Shown: positions 1 through 14,565 of the stretch, one piece after another | How the letters are laid out: every line of letters begins with the position of its first letter | Numbering within the stretch: the stretch's first letter is position 1 | Assembly: GCF_009914755.1 (NCBI RefSeq) | Contig: NC_060939.1 | DNA: 64,000 nt | Source: the human T2T-CHM13v2.0 reference genome, Homo sapiens | Direction: 5' to 3' (one strand) | Notes under the pieces: model-generated | Seen by the model: only the letters and a program-made list of their open reading frames with translations | Database searches by the model: none | What the model was told of the DNA's origin: nothing | Translations under genes and position numbers: made by a program

Positions 1-306
1 CCTACCCACTACTTGCTGTGAGAGCCTCCTATTATTTAAACCCTGCTGGAGGCCTCCTGATCTGGAGCCTGGAAAGTCAGGGCTCAGCCCCAGGGAGGAC
101 ACAGCAGAGCACAGGAAGATGAGGGATGGATCAGAGGGCAAACTGGACTTGGACCAGCACAGGGTGCAAGCCTGATGCTCTAATTTTATATTTTATCAGC
201 ATTTTCTTATATGTGGCTTTCATAATTACACATATTTTATCAAGTAGATGAACCGCATTTAACCATTCCCCAGCTGTTAGGTGAACACTTTAAATTACTA
301 TAAATC

Positions 307-491
307 AGCAGTTCTCAAAGTGTGGCCCTGGGCCAGCAGCGTCAGCATCACCAGGGAACTTACTAGGAATGCAGAGTCTCAGGCCCCGCCCCCAGGCCTC
401 TTGGATCAGAAACCCTGAGGGCGGTCCCAGCAGTCTGAATTTTGTACACTCTCCGAGGGCTGCTGATGTGCATTTGAGCTTGACAATCATG
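307..491 (+). mobile_element. MER5A (hAT-Charlie)
   Basis: cagcagttctcaaagtgtggccc...cagcagcgtcagcatcacc... follows the MER5A consensus over its full length. Confidence 0.85.
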
Positions 492-1034
492 ATTATAGGC
501 AATGATGCACCGTGTGGAAGCTGGGGGCAGGATACTGAGGAGGGTGCTGGGGGTAGGAGTGGTGGAGGGAGTTTGTCCAGGGGAATGTGGTGTAGCGGAA
601 AAGGCACAGGACTGGTAGGGCTGTGCCCCTTTAGGCCCAAGCCTGCCCTTGCTCTTAACCTCTTAATGGGTTTCTTCTTTCTTCTGTTAAACAGCTAAAA
701 ATATCAAATCATGGGGTTGCTGTGACGGTTAAATGTAATAACAGGCACGATGTTCCATATATGTTGGGTCTTCTGGAGCTTTGGGGAAGGAGGTGTGGCA
801 ATAACAGCCAGCTTCTGCATCATGGAAAATGGCCCCCATGCCCATCCCTGAGTTGTGTGGTCTGAAAATCAATGATGAACACTTAGGAGGCTTGTAGCCT
901 GCTTTGAGTCAACAGGAAGACTGGACTTGAGAGTTTGGAATCTATAGTCTAACTTCCCTTCCTCACCCTGTCTTTGTAAATGGTGCTCATCTAACCCTAC
1001 AGTTACTATCTTTTCACTCATGTCTAGCCACTTG

Positions 1035-1200
1035 TTAGAGGGGAAGGAACCCTGGTGTCAGGACAGGACTCCTGGCTCCCTGAGCTTGCTGTGTATTCCG
1101 GGGCATATCCTTAACCTCTCTGAGATGTACTTTTCTTATCTGTAAAACCTCTATGTTGATGCAAATCAGGTGCGATGATGGACGCAAAAACTGCCTTGAA
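1035..1200 (+). mobile_element. MIR
   Basis: Core ttaacctctctgag...ttatctgtaaaa. Confidence 0.65.
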
Positions 1201-2837
1201 CACCTTAGCGGGCCTGTGAATATAAAGCCTTCAGGATCCACACCTCTGCCAGGGCCCACACCAGCCTCGCCACCTCGGTGAGCCTCTCATTCCACTGCCA
1301 GTGCAGGGGTGCATAATCAGGATTTGCCAGTGGAGGTAGGAAGGGTGGCTGGATTGTGACTGTCACGCTCCTGGCATCAGATGATACTGGTAGCAAGCTA
1401 GGGTCGTCTGTGCACTTTGCTCTCTCTCAGTCTTCCCAGCAGCCCTGTCAAGCGGGGAGTCTAGCAAGAAGTGGCCAAGGCGCAGATCATTTAAGAGGAA
1501 GGATGTGAGCAAACTGGATCCCAAGGGGACAGACAGAGGCCCACTTTGCCTCAGAGTCCAGAGAGCTGCTGCTGCTAAGAAGGGAAAGAGGAACTGGGTC
1601 GGGGTGCCTGCTGACTTGCAGCGCTGTGTTGGCATGCGAGGTAGCACTGGTTGGGAGGCGGTTACCTGAAGGAAGCAAAGGCAGCTGGTGGTTCCTATCT
1701 TCTTGCCTCTGGCAGCACCTAAAAGAAGCCTCTTGGGCCAATGAGAGGATGGACTGTCCCCCACCTGCAGAGTTCTGTGAAGTGGTGCGGACGTCTTTGT
1801 TGATCTCATTTGGTGCCTCCCCCTGTTGATGGCTGAGGAAGCCAAGGCTCTGAGAAGGCACATGGTTTACCCGAGGGGACACAGGCAAGGAATCTGAACC
1901 CGGATTGCATTTTCTGTTTTAGGGCTCTTTGTGTGACCACGGTGCTTCCCAGGCCCACACTTCCAGTGTTCCAGGCCCTTGACCACCAATCCTGTGGAGG
2001 GGTCCTCAGGGCAGGCAGTGGGACCACCTGAGGCCTGCGTGGGGTGGCCTGTGGTGTGAGGGACCCAGGAAGTCAGCCTGCACCTCGGCGAGTCAGAAGA
2101 TGTGGCCATCCACCAACCATCAGATGTTCCCCTACGCTTAGGGCTGTGACCAGAAGTGGCATCAAGATGGGAGGCGAAGCTTCTGGGACCAGAGAACCAG
2201 CTGCTCCTGTTCATCCTGCTTTTGGGTGAATAGCTGATGCTCTGGGCCCCTCATCCCACCATCCCACCCCGTGGCTCCTCCTGAGCAGGGCTGAGGGCAT
2301 TTACCTGGCTGCCTTCTAAAGCAGACTTGGCACGAGACAATCTTATTCAAACTCTGCTCAAAATTGCTACCCTGAGGAGAGGGCTGTGACCAGGCAGGAC
2401 GGGGTGTGATAACATGGAACGCAGGGCCTGCTGGAGCAGGCCCTGATGAGTGTAAATAACTGTGTTAGAGGCAGGACCTGAGCTTTTCACTCCATAAATA
2501 TATATTACTTCTAATGTGGCCAGGGCCGAGCTGAAGATCATAATTATGTGAGATCTGCTTTACAGGCATTTAGGGAAATGCGTGGGGCTGCACTGATGTA
2601 GGCAAAGATGTGGCCACATACATTTAACGTGTCTCAGAGGAGCCTTTGCTTTAACCCTTTAATCAGACCCTTCCAGGGTGCTCCTGACTTGATGTTCCAG
2701 AGCGTTTGGAGTCAAGAGTTGCACTCTTTTTTCTTGCATTAAATGCACTTGAGTTTTAACCCAGTCTCTGGGCGGATGGCAGGGCTGCATGAGGGGGTCT
2801 CCGTGGATGTGGATAAGTCCAGAGAAGTCAGCTGAGC

Positions 2838-2965
2838 TGACTGGGCAGGTCTTGGGTAAGTCACGCCACTTCCCTGAGCCTCAGTTTCTCCAGCAGTAAA
2901 ATGTTACCTGTCTGTTAGGGTTGTAAGATTGAGTCAACATATGTACAAGGCATTGCTTAGTGTTT
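2838..2965 (+). mobile_element. MIR
   Basis: cttgggtaagtcac...ctgagcctcagtttctcc...gtaaaatg. Confidence 0.7.
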
Positions 2966-3345
2966 ACCACCTTGCTGTGAGCTGGTAAATGGTTGGTTGG
3001 TCCCTTCCTCTCCCCTTGGTGTTAAGCATATCAAAAGATGGCTGCGTGCTCACCTCCCCTGCTTTACTGGGTGGACAAAGGAGCTGTCACACAGTGTGGC
3101 AGCCTTAGAAAGGTTAAAGAAGGCCAGTGAAGTCTTCTGGCTCATCTGGTCCTGAGGTGGGTGAGCATTAAACCCAGATCCTTTTTGTGTTTCAGTATTG
3201 GATCCTTTGGCCGTCATATCTGAGACCCAGGGCCTCAGAGTGTGGGGTCCTAACCTAATTTGGCTTTGGGTGAACTGGCCAGCAAATGGAAGGATGGCTG
3301 TGGAAGTGTGTCTTGAGCCTGTCCTTACACAGGTGTGGCTGTCAT

Positions 3346-4619
3346 CAAGGCCATCTTCATGGGCACGTGACGAGTACAGTCACATAGAGTTCATGCTCAG
3401 GAGGGCCCTATGCTTGGTTTAATGCTCTGCTGTCACCAGCTTGAAATCCTTTTTTTTTTTGTTATTGTTGCCCAAGCTGGAGTGCAATGGCTCAATATCG
3501 GCTCTCTGTAACCTCTGCCTGCGGGTTCAAGTGATTCTCCTGCTTCAGCCTCCCGAGTAGCTGGGATTACAGGCACCCGCCACCACACCCAGCTAATTTT
3601 TGTATTTCTTTTAGTAGACGTGGGGTTTCACCATGTTGGCGAGGCTGGTCTCGAACTCCTGACCTCAGGTGATCCAGCCTTGGGCTCCCAAAGTGCTGGG
3701 ATTACAGGTGTAAACCACTGCATCCGGCCCATCTTGAAATTCTTAATAATTTTCTCTTTGACCTAGTGTTTTGGAGCATGAGCATGGATAGAGGAGATGT
3801 GGGCAGCATGTGCCCATTGAGCCTTCTGCCCCATTCACATGTAGCATTTGAGCACAGACTTCTGCCGGACCTACAATGTGGGGGAGTTGAGTGAGAGTCA
3901 AAGTGAGTGTGAGATGTCACATCTGCGACTGAGTAGCAGGGGCCCTGACAGTCCTGATGCTTTCCATCTAACTGGAACTTGTCTTGGTTGTAGAAAGAAG
4001 GCGATGACATTCTAAGAAACATCAACGACCAAAGAACCCCATCATATCCTTTATTACTCACGTCACTTCCCTGACACCAACCACTTATATTGAAAATGAT
4101 GACGGAAGAAGGGAAAGGAAAGATAGGGCACCCATATTGCCTTTTCCTTTCAGATCTTCCTTACTCCTCAGGCAGCATAAAGAGTGAGGTAGAATGGACA
4201 CATAGCGAGAAGTGAAGTAAAAACGATTGAGTTAGCTTTATGGATGTTTCTCTGGTTCTGGTACATCACAAAATGCACATCCAAGTCCTAAAATACAATT
4301 CATGTAATGTTGGTGATTCCACATACTAGTTAAAGGCTTTTTATATTTGCAGTTAAAACTGGCATCACACAATATAAATAGGAGTGGTAAAATTCATGCT
4401 AATTCATGTAATTTAAAATTTTAATGTTGCTTTACTTAGAATAATATTAAATAGCAAATTAAAAATACCATGACACATCAAGAGAGAGACTGTGGAGGAA
4501 AGAGAAAAAGCTTTCTATTTTAGTACCATGATTGATACTTTTTTTTTTTTTGCCTTTTGCACAAAGGGTTCCATATTTTCATTTTGCACTGGGCCCCACA
4601 AATTATGCAGCCAACCCTG
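3346..4619 (+). mobile_element. MER45-family hAT (Tip100) element, ~1 kb (MER45B/C-like), interrupted by an Alu
   Basis: Ends caaggccatcttcat and atgcagccaaccctg match MER45 termini; degenerate 8-bp TSD gctgtcat (3338-3345) / actggcat (4620-4627). Confidence 0.8.
3450..3729 (-). mobile_element. AluS (Sq/Sp-like) nested in MER45
   Basis: Reverse-strand Alu; TSD cagcttgaaatcc / catcttgaaattc. Confidence 0.95.
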
Positions 4620-5014
4620 ACTGGCATCCTGGGGCTGGAGGTCTCAGGCTGGTCTTGCACGTGCAGCCTCTAGATCCCTGGTCTGCTCACATTGTCTCCT
4701 GGGTTGCGGAGCTAAGAAGCATCATATAGGCAAGTGAGCATGTGTGCTTGCTCTGAAGATTCCAAGCTTCCAGGTGGTGGTGGCTCTGTTGATAGAGATA
4801 AAAAGTTGAGGAATTTCAGAGGCTACAAACATACTCTTGTTGAAGGTGCTTTGGGGGTCTCCTGAGCATTTACTTTTGTGAATTTTTGGGCAGCCTAGTA
4901 TAGAGGTGATCCAGCAGTAAGCTGAGAGAGAGGCCCTAGTTTGACTCTTAACTCAGGCATGGTCTCCTTGGGTGAGTCATTTCTTCATCAGGCAGTCCTC
5001 AGTCTTTTGGTTGC

Positions 5015-5575
5015 AGTGTAGTTGTTAAAAATGTGGGTACTTGGAGGCTGAATTCTTGGGTCAAATCTTATCTCCATCTCTCTGTCCTTTTTTTGTGGTT
5101 TTTTTTGTTTGTTTGTTTTTTGTTTTTGTAGGGGACAGGTTCTTCCTCCACCACTCAGGCTGGAAGGCAGTGGTATGATATTGGCACACTGCAGCCTTGA
5201 CCTCCCAGCTCAAGCGATCTTCCCACCTCAGCCTCCTGAGTAGCTTGGGACTACAGGCACACATCTCTATGCTGGGCTAATTTTCATGTTTTTTTTGTTG
5301 TTGTTTTTTGTTGTTGTTTTTTGTAGAAACAGAGTTTCACTATGTTGCCCCAGGCTAGTCTCAAACTTGTGAGCTCAGGCTATCTGCCTGCCTCAGCCTC
5401 CCAAAGTGCCGGGATTACAGGTGTGAGCCACTGCGCCCGGCCTTATCTCCATCTCTTAACTAGTTGTTTGATGTTGGGCAGGTTGTTCAAGCCTCCTGGA
5501 GCCTTGGTTTACCCATCTATAAAATGGGTATAATGGTAATTATCTTATAGCATGGTCATGAGCGTGAAATGAGAG
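5015..5575 (+). mobile_element. MIR split by AluJ
   Basis: tgggtcaaatc before the Alu continues after it as ttgggcaggttgttcaagcc...catctataaaatggg. Confidence 0.65.
5082..5442 (-). mobile_element. AluJ inserted in a MIR
   Basis: J-type diagnostics; perfect TSD ttatctccatctct at 5068-5081 and 5443-5456. Confidence 0.95.
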
Positions 5576-5864
5576 CAGGGGGAGGAGTAATCATTGTGTC
5601 TGGTCCATGGGACTGAATCAATGCTAGCAATGGTCATGATGGTGAAGAATGAGGGGAGGAGGAAGAAACAATTCCTGTGGGTGCTAGGACCAAAAGTAGT
5701 ATCCTCTAGGAATCCTGGCCTTCAAGGTCTAACTTCCAAGATTCTGTGAGTACGATTCTAGGGAGCCTCTGCCTCAGACTTCTAAGTAGTTCTTCAGGCT
5801 GTGCTCTAGAAGTTACTGGAATGAAAGAAAAATTGTAGTGTTTGAAGGTCTTCAAGGATCCTGG

Positions 5865-6030
5865 TCCTCTCACACTGTCACTCTTAGTCACATGACCTTT
5901 GACTGTCCATTCCCTACTAAGCCTTGGTTTACGCATCTGTCAAATGGAGCATTCGTGGGTGTGCCTGCCTTAGAGGATGAGACCCAGCTGAGATGACATA
6001 TGGAGAAATCGTTTATAAACTTAAGTACTG
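5865..6030 (+). mobile_element. MIR/MIR3
   Basis: tgacctt...gccttggtttacgcatctgtcaaatgg core. Confidence 0.55.
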
Positions 6031-6213
6031 GTGTTAGGAAGAGCTAACACGGTGAGTCTTCAGTGTTTCTTTAAGTGCTGCTCACTACTGTCCTGAGAGA
6101 CTCCAAGAAGCAGTTACTTTGTTTGGGCCTCAGTTCATCATCTGTGAGATGAGAGGATTGGGCTTTGTGCCTAAACTGCCCCCCCACCCCACCACCCAAG
6201 ACAGATTAAAAAA

Positions 6214-6279
6214 GAAGGAAGGAGGGAGGGAGGGAGGGAGGGAGGGAGAGAGAGCGAGCGAGCAAGCAAGCAAGCAAGC
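6214..6279 (+). repeat. Compound microsatellite (GAAG)(GGGA)n(GA)n(GCGA)n(GCAA)n
   Basis: Read directly. Confidence 0.95.
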
Positions 6280-7747
6280 CAGCAGGATTTGGAATCGTCC
6301 CCTAATTGGAACCACAATCGCAGGTTTCAGGGACTCAGGAAAGGGTGCAGCCCAGCTTGTGGTTGAGAAATGAATGTCAGATGTTAGGAAGAAAAAGGCC
6401 TATCTCAACATAGCAGGGGTTTCTTACTGCCCCTGCCTCCTCAGCCCCGGTAGCCTGTCACTCCCTGGCGAACAGCTTGGCAGCACAGAGGCAAACCACA
6501 GAGTACATTTGAGGCCCAGATCTGCTTATTTCGAGGGTGGGGCCGCGTTTTTCTCCTGCCACAGTGAGCTAATTAAAGAAAACAAGCTTCGGGAGTTGGG
6601 AGAGAACTGTCCACAGGACACTTGGGGAGGCTTGCTTTGGTTGTGGAGGCCTCCACAGCCCCCGGAAGGCAGGTGGAAGTGGGCATGGAGGGTCCTACGC
6701 ATCCCCAGCGGGGGTCTGAGGGCCCACTGTTGCTCAGCTGGGGGATTTGGGGACGGTGGGAGGGCATACATGGATGGGAGGGTGGACTCCGTTCCTGAGG
6801 GGGCCAGTGTGGAGGAGGGTCAGGCAGCCCATGGAGATGGGACAGTGTTCTGAAATGCTTCACAAATGTGGACTTTTGCCCCAAACTGTGGACAGAGCGT
6901 ATGTCCTGAGCGAGGATCAACTCTGTGAGTACCCATGATAATTCTCCTTTCTGTGGTGCCGCCCTGTTGATTCATGTGTCAGCCTTAGAGAAAGTGGCTG
7001 TGACTTCTGCATTCCTGGGAATACACTGACATGAGAAGAAGTAGCCGCTCTTGTTCAAAGTCACAGGGCTGGAAAGTGGGATAAGGACTAAGGACTTCTG
7101 TCTCTGGATTCAGCATGCTGATTATGGGGAAAAGCAGACATCAATTCCTCATGTCTTGTAAGCATCACTGTCCTCCAAAGTTGGAGCCCAGCTCAGACAG
7201 CTGCATAGTATTTTATAGAGAAGGTGTGTTGTTGAAATGTTGATTGTGCAAATTGAATTGTGTTTTAAGACTACTGGGAAAACCATTTAAAGGAATCCTG
7301 TTGTAAGTCATTTTGAAAAATGGAGAATTACACCACCTCCCCAAGGATTTTCTGTTTTGGTAAATTTCATGTGGCAAGATTACTTGAAGAAGGGTTCCAG
7401 TGTTTTGCTAGCTTATAATGGTTACTGCATAAGGAAGGTTTACTCGCCAGAGGTCCGCACACATTGGAGAACTGGGGGAATATGTAATACTTGTGCAGAA
7501 ATGTTTTGATTCATGTACTCAGAAGATGGGATCTGGATGACACCTCCAGCCTATTGATTCCCAAGTAAGGTGTGATGACACCACCACCAGCGAGGTGTGC
7601 TATGAGGAATTTTTGTTGATGATGAAAAGTGAATGCTAACTGATTGCACACCACGTGCCCCATACCTTACATAGATTATCTTATTTAATTGTTGCTAATA
7701 ATAGTACTACAGTCTGTGAATGATTTACTTAGCAATTAATTCAAAAG

Positions 7748-8424
<677 letters not shown>

Positions 8425-8432
<8 letters not shown>

Positions 8433-8558
8433 TATATTAATGTATTAATAAATGTATTAATTACAATATTAATATATTGTGATATACTGTGATATATTGT
8501 GATAAATATATCAATATATTGTGATAAACATATAAATTGATTTTAATATATATTAAAA
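8425..8558. repeat. AT-rich low-complexity tract (atattgtgata units) at the L1 tail
   Basis: Read directly. Confidence 0.8.
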
Positions 8559-9609
8559 TCAAATGTATTCCTCTAATGGTGTCCATGTCACTGACTTAGT
8601 TTCTGATAGGTTTGTATTGGGTAGGAAAGAAAGGAATGGGACATTTACGTGTACACTGAGGCAGAAGAAAGAATGGGACTTTCCAATCCAGGCTCTACCT
8701 TTATGAGGAACCAGAGACCCAGAGAGTGCTAGTGACTTGCTCAAGGGCACAGAGCAGCGTACCAGAGTTGAGCTTTGGCTTCTAGCCTCCTCACTTTCTA
8801 TTGGGGAAGTCACAGTGGAAAAGGGGGTTTTGGCTCCTTTATGTCTTTGGGTATGTTCTGGGTCACTGAGGATCAGCTCTATTCCACCTGGCATTTTGTG
8901 CTTTCCTTGGGTGCTCAGGAAACTGTCTGTCTCACCCTGAGGTGAGGCTCAGGAGGCTCTGGGGCTTTGTAGTAGAAATAGAAATATCCCAAGTCCTGGG
9001 TTGTGTCCTTGTGGATGTGTCTAGAACAATTCCTGTTGTGCTACTCGCTTTGGGCAGTTAGCGAAAGGGACTAATTGTGTGCAAATACATACGTTTGGTG
9101 TTTGTTGGGAGACTTGCCATGTGACACTGCTTCTTCTTTTCTTCTCTTTTTGACTATGAACACCTGACACTACAGGAAATAAGAAACTTTCCAGTACCTA
9201 ATTTATGCTTACTCTACTTTCAAACCCTGTTGGCCCCAGCACAGGGTAAATGAAACTGTAGCTTATAGTAATATTTACGTATGGGAGTCAATGAGCTGTT
9301 TAAATACTTGGATGTCAGAAAAAGGTTTCAAATTTAGCAAGCCCCCTGACTCTCCCACCCTCTGGCATGTACTGGGTAGGCCTGCCTGCTCTCTGAGGTC
9401 GAGCTCTTGTATCCTGTCCTGGTCGGTGCCAGTATAGCAATGATGATGACAGTGATGATGATGCCACTGGAACAGGCTGAGCTGTAATTGAATTAAATAT
9501 CTGTGTAATCCCTAGGAGAAGCTGAATAAGGTTTGAGGATCTTGGAAGTTCAGTTATACTCTCAGTAACTGAGGTGAGATCCATAGGCAAGGAATGACAA
9601 GATCGAGAT

Positions 9610-9780
9610 TGATTAGCTACATGACCTTAGGAAAGTGACCTAAAGGTTGTTCACATTCAGAGTCCTCATCTTTGAATGTGAACGATATTTCTGGCCTCTC
9701 CTATCTTATGGAGTTGGTGTAAGCATCTGCATGAGATGATGGACGTTAAAGTGCTTTGTTAGCTGTTGAGACTCTTACTG
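9610..9780 (+). mobile_element. MIR
   Basis: tgaccttaggaaagtgac...ctcatctttgaatg...gagatgatggacgttaaagtgctttg. Confidence 0.55.
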
Positions 9781-10148
9781 AAATGAAACCCAAGGATGGG
9801 TGCCACTGAAAGAAACAAGAATGAATGCAAACTGGTTTGTGTTGGGAGTTGTACTTGGCACAGCTGAATTTGCCTTTGTCTTTAGGAGAGCCTTAGCTGT
9901 GGGAAGCAGGGCTTGGAATGCGCTGATATTTATTTCTTCCATCAAATTGGATTATGAGGCACCTGATCTGTTTAAGGCTGTGTGAGTAGAACCAGGTCCT
10001 GCCTTCCAGAAGTTCATGGTTAAATTGTGTTTTCATGGGTCACCTGGAAGGCGAGCTTGTTGAGAATGAGGATAATTGACCCAGTGAATCCTTCCTGCCT
10101 CGAGGCCCACCATGTTATTCAGATCAGTCTTGGGGGAAATGCTGTGAA

Positions 10149-10185
10149 AGTGTGTGTGTGTGTGTGTGTGTGCGGTGTGTGTGTG
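10149..10185 (+). repeat. (TG)n microsatellite, interrupted
   Basis: Read directly. Confidence 0.95.
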
Positions 10186-12089
10186 CATGCTCGCGTGCAT
10201 GAGTTTGTGTTGAGAGAAAGAAAAAAGCCAGGAGAGTAGGATGAGTCAGATTTAACCACTGTTTTTTCCCTTTTGAAACTTGTTATGTTCATACACATAC
10301 AGCAGTCATGCACTTGCTCAGAAATGTGTGAAAACCACTTAAAATGTGTGAAATGCAGCCCTTTAGAAAGTGTGCCTTCCACCACATTCTTTTGAGCAGT
10401 GGAGTGGATTTGTGAGTGTTCATATCTGTCCTCATCTGTGGGAATTGTATGTCCAAGGTGCTAATTCAGGGCCATACTGGGATGACGTGTGTGTATAGAC
10501 TTGTCCTGGGTGAGATGGGAGCAAGACCGTCCAATGTATGATGGGGAATTCTGTTAAACAGGTAGAATTCTGAACCTCTTGGTGGTCCTGGCTGGTCAGT
10601 TGCAGGGAGTGACGTTGAATGGACTGGGAAGATCTGGATATACCATGTTTCTGTAGGCATGATACGTGGTCCCTTAGCTTGGTATTTAAAGTTCTTTGGA
10701 AGTGACCGCTTTCTGGATTTACCTCTGTGCAGCCCCTCTGCTCCTCCCAGGTGAGGCTCATCATAGCTCCTCTTCAATGTGCTTTGTCCACAACTGCTGC
10801 CATGTTTTAGCTCCCCATTACGTTTCCTGGGATGCTCTCCTAGACTCCTCTGTACCTTTCTTCTTTCAAACCCAAAACAGGTCCCATCTCCTTAGTCTTA
10901 ACTGTCTATGAATGGTCTGTTGCCTCACTTCCCAGCTCTGGTATGTAGTACGTGCTCAGTACACATTTTTGAATGCATTAATTTGGCTCTTTTCTGTGAA
11001 GGCAGCTTGTCTGTGTGTCATTCATCTGCCCAAATTTGATTGTCAACTTCCTTCGTATGGAGCTGTACTGCTCTTTTTGTTGTTTTTCTTAACTCCTTGC
11101 CCCTGCCTCCCATCACCCCAGTGGAAGAGTTATAGTCAAGGTAGTGTAGTCAAGGTCGTGCAAAAGCTACACACTTGAACCTGTTCCGTGTGGTTTCACA
11201 CAAGGCACATGGCCTCCTTGGGACTCACTTCACATCACTCGACAAGGGGATAGCAGGACCCACCTTGACTGTATTGAAGACTGCATGATGATCAGGAGAG
11301 AGTGAGGGATGAGAAAGAGTTTGGAAAACAGCAGAACACGATGCAAACATGAGTTATTCATGGTTTTGTGTCCAGGCTAACTGTGCCCTGACATTAAGGC
11401 TGGGTGGGTCTGGCCCAGGGCTTCTGGGGTAGGCGCTGTGCTGGTGTGTGCTACTGACCTGGAGTCCAGGATCCCTGAGTCCCACTCACCCTCCCTGGGC
11501 TGCAGTTTCCTCAGCCCAGCTACCCTTTCCAGCTGTGACTGCTGGTTGTGGAGCTGAATGTGTGTGGGGTGTGGGCCTGTGTGTGGACTCCCCACCCCTG
11601 TGCGGTTTTCCTAAGCACACAGCACAACAAGGAGCTGGAACAGAGCTGCAACAATGAGGAGGGTTTCCTCCAACTGTCAGTGCTTCTGGATCCACCGTTT
11701 CGGCTTTGACATTACCGTGAGTGACCACCCTGGACCTCTTTCTTTGTGCCAAACTCGTTGCTGGATTGCCATAAACACTTACTTGGATTGATTAGAGAGG
11801 CTATTTGCCGTATTGAAGGTGGCAGAATTATTTCACCTTTTCCAGAGGTGTTGACGTTCAAGGGTAGTTGGTGGTGACTGTACAGAAGGGAGACAGGAAG
11901 CCTGGAGGAAGGAAAGGGGTGCGTAGCCGAGAAAGTGCACAACGGGCCCTATTTTTAAAAGTGCCTGCCTCTGCTGGTTTTGTTGTGGCAGCGCTCAAAG
12001 GCAGGAAGACAGATAAGATCGGATTTCAGGATTTTCGTCTGCCCCCCATCTCCGCCCCCAACGTTTGACAACCAAGAACTTTTCCCCAC

Positions 12090-12183
12090 CAGGAGTGGGT
12101 ATATTTCAATTTCTGTAATCCCTGCGTCTCGCACAATGCTTGGTATTACAAGGTGCTCACTGAGTGTTTGAATGAATGAATGC
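12090..12183 (+). mobile_element. L2 3' end
   Basis: gcacaatgcttggt...gtgctcactgagtgtttgaatgaatgaatg terminus. Confidence 0.7.
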
Positions 12184-13029
12184 CTTCCCAGTTCTCATCA
12201 CAGCTATAGGGTGTCACTGTATACATCAAGTCATGGTTAGCCGCAGGTTTGATTGGGGAAGAGACACTAATCAATGTATCTGATTCTAGAAGAAGATGGA
12301 GCTTCTAGGAAGGGCCTGCCCTCAGGCTGTCCTCTGTGTTCCCCAGCATTCTGCATTTTGCAGTCACCCCTCATTATCCCTGAGTCCAGGAACACCTGAG
12401 ATTGGAAAGGATTCCAGCCCCATAGGGCCTTTATCGTGGCCCCCAGTAAGTGATAAATATTCGTACTAATTTGGGGCAGTGTCCTTTTTCCAGCTGTTTT
12501 CCCATGAGTGCCCTCTGTTCCGTCAGGTGGCCGAAGACGGATAACTTTGGCAAAGGGCTTGGCACAAATGGCCAAGTTTACACTGGATCACTATACTCCG
12601 TGTTATCTTGTTTCCCCGATGGTCATTGCCACACAAGAAAGTACTTCGTCTGTGGGCTTTGCCCACCCTCTTCTCTTGACAGAGACCTCTGGGCCTAGAT
12701 AAATGTGTAAACTGCATTGCAGGAATGAAGCCGTTTCCATTAAGAACTGGGGTCTATGTCCTGGGATCCAGTTCTTCTCCCCCTTTTAGTACTGAAAGCT
12801 GCTTCCCATCTGAAAGCTGTCTGGGGACAGACACCGTGCAGCTGCGTGCAGACTTCTTTCAGAGTTTGATCTTGCAGGCTTCCCAGTGGCTCTCCTCTTC
12901 CTTGTCTGCTTCCTGGGGGTCTCTCAGTATCAAAGCCACCTGTGGCTCCATCTCACCTCCCTGAACAGGAGGCACTGTTTGTCAGGAGGCCTTGCCACCT
13001 TTGGCCCTTTCTTTCCAAAGAAAGATCCC

Positions 13030-13160
13030 TGGCCTGGAGTTTTTGTCTCAGCTCTGTTGTGTGACCTTAGGCAAGTCAGTTGACTTCTCTGAGCCTCAGT
13101 TTACTCCTTAGTAAACAAAAAGGTTGGATGAGGCGCTCTCCAAAGTTCTTGCCCTCTGTG
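13030..13160 (+). mobile_element. MIR/MIR3
   Basis: tgtgtgaccttaggcaagtcagttgacttctctgagcctcagttt. Confidence 0.8.
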
Positions 13161-13789
13161 TCCTTCCTCTGCGTTCTACAGGGAGGGAGTAGCTGCCTCT
13201 GTTTGGTGGTGGGGACTCAGGCAGGATGGGTAGGGAGGGGTAGGGGAACAAGATCATGGCGCACCTCCACGGCCACAGTGGAAACCTTGAACCTTGAGCT
13301 GTATGCGGTGAGTCCAGGATGCTGAGAAGATGCCGGGCTGTTGGGTAAGCAGAGCCCCTACGGGAAGCAAAGAGTATTATTCAGCCCTGTGGAATGCTGA
13401 GGCAGGGCTGAGCTTGGGCAGGGTGGCTGAGAGAATTGTGGCTCTAGCTGTGGGCAGAAATTCATGGCCTTGAAGAATGGCTACTGTATATACCAGTGAT
13501 AAATATTAGTCACTCTGGCAGCAGAATGAGTTTCCTGTGCTGCATTTTTGGCACTTCCAGAAAAGGGAAAGCCTTTCTCTCTGACAGGGCACAGGAGGGA
13601 GAAACAGGAATGTGTCTCTTACCCTGATGCCCTGGCTGGAGATCCCGTGGGGTTTTCAACCTGCCTGAAGCAACGCAGGGCCTGCTAATGCCTCCTGTTG
13701 CCCTAGGTCAGGCCAGGGCCCATTGTTGACATCTGTGCTGTGCTGCCTCTGAAGGTCTTGCTTGAGCATGTCCTGAATGGAAGGCTTCA

Positions 13790-14565
13790 TCTGCATTCAT
13801 TCCCCGGCCCTCCCTGCCGTCTGCACAGCCTCCTCCAGGCCTCCCCTTCCCAGTGAAAAGCACCACCATCCAGACCTCAGGAAGCAATCATTTTAGCCTC
13901 TTCTCCTTCTCCCTCACCATCCAGGACATCACTGAGCCCTGTCAGTTCTGCCCCCAGAATATCTAAGTTCATCCAATGCCCCATTTCCACTGCTGCTTCC
14001 TCACCCAAATCAGGATGTTTCTGGCCCCGTCTCCCTCCTACCTGGTCTCCCTGCCTGTACCCTCCTCTCCACTGGGCCCATTCTCCACCGGCAGCCAGCA
14101 TGATCTCTAAGAAATGTACATCTGTCATCTGTCATATCTGCTGAAAATTGTTCAGGGCTTCCTGCTGCCTTGAGAATGAGGGTCTGAATCCCAAACAAGG
14201 GTTCAAATCTCAACCTCTCAGGCCTACCCTGACCTTACGTATCTTTCCTCAGGGCCTGTGCACATGCTGTTCCTTCTTCCTGGAATGCTTGTCCCCATAG
14301 TTTTCAGCTGGCGAATGTGAGTCAGGTCTCCCCTTAAATGTCATCTAAGAGAGCCCTTTCTAATTCCTCCCCTTCATCTTAACTCTATCCCCAATACACT
14401 CTCTCACAGAGACTGTTCTTTTCCTTCTGAGACCCTACTCCAGCTTGTAGTTCTAAATCTGTGATTATGCACTGTCTGTCTTCCTCTTGAGGTCAGGGGC
14501 CATTTCTTTTGTTCTCTGCTATGCTCAGGACCCAGATCAAAGGAGCTCAGTAACTATTTACAGGC
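13790..14565 (+). mobile_element. L2 (L2a-like) 3' fragment
   Basis: C/T-rich L2 body (cagccagcatgatctctaagaaatg; tcagggcctgtgcacatgctgttccttcttcctggaatgc) running to the terminus. Confidence 0.8.
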
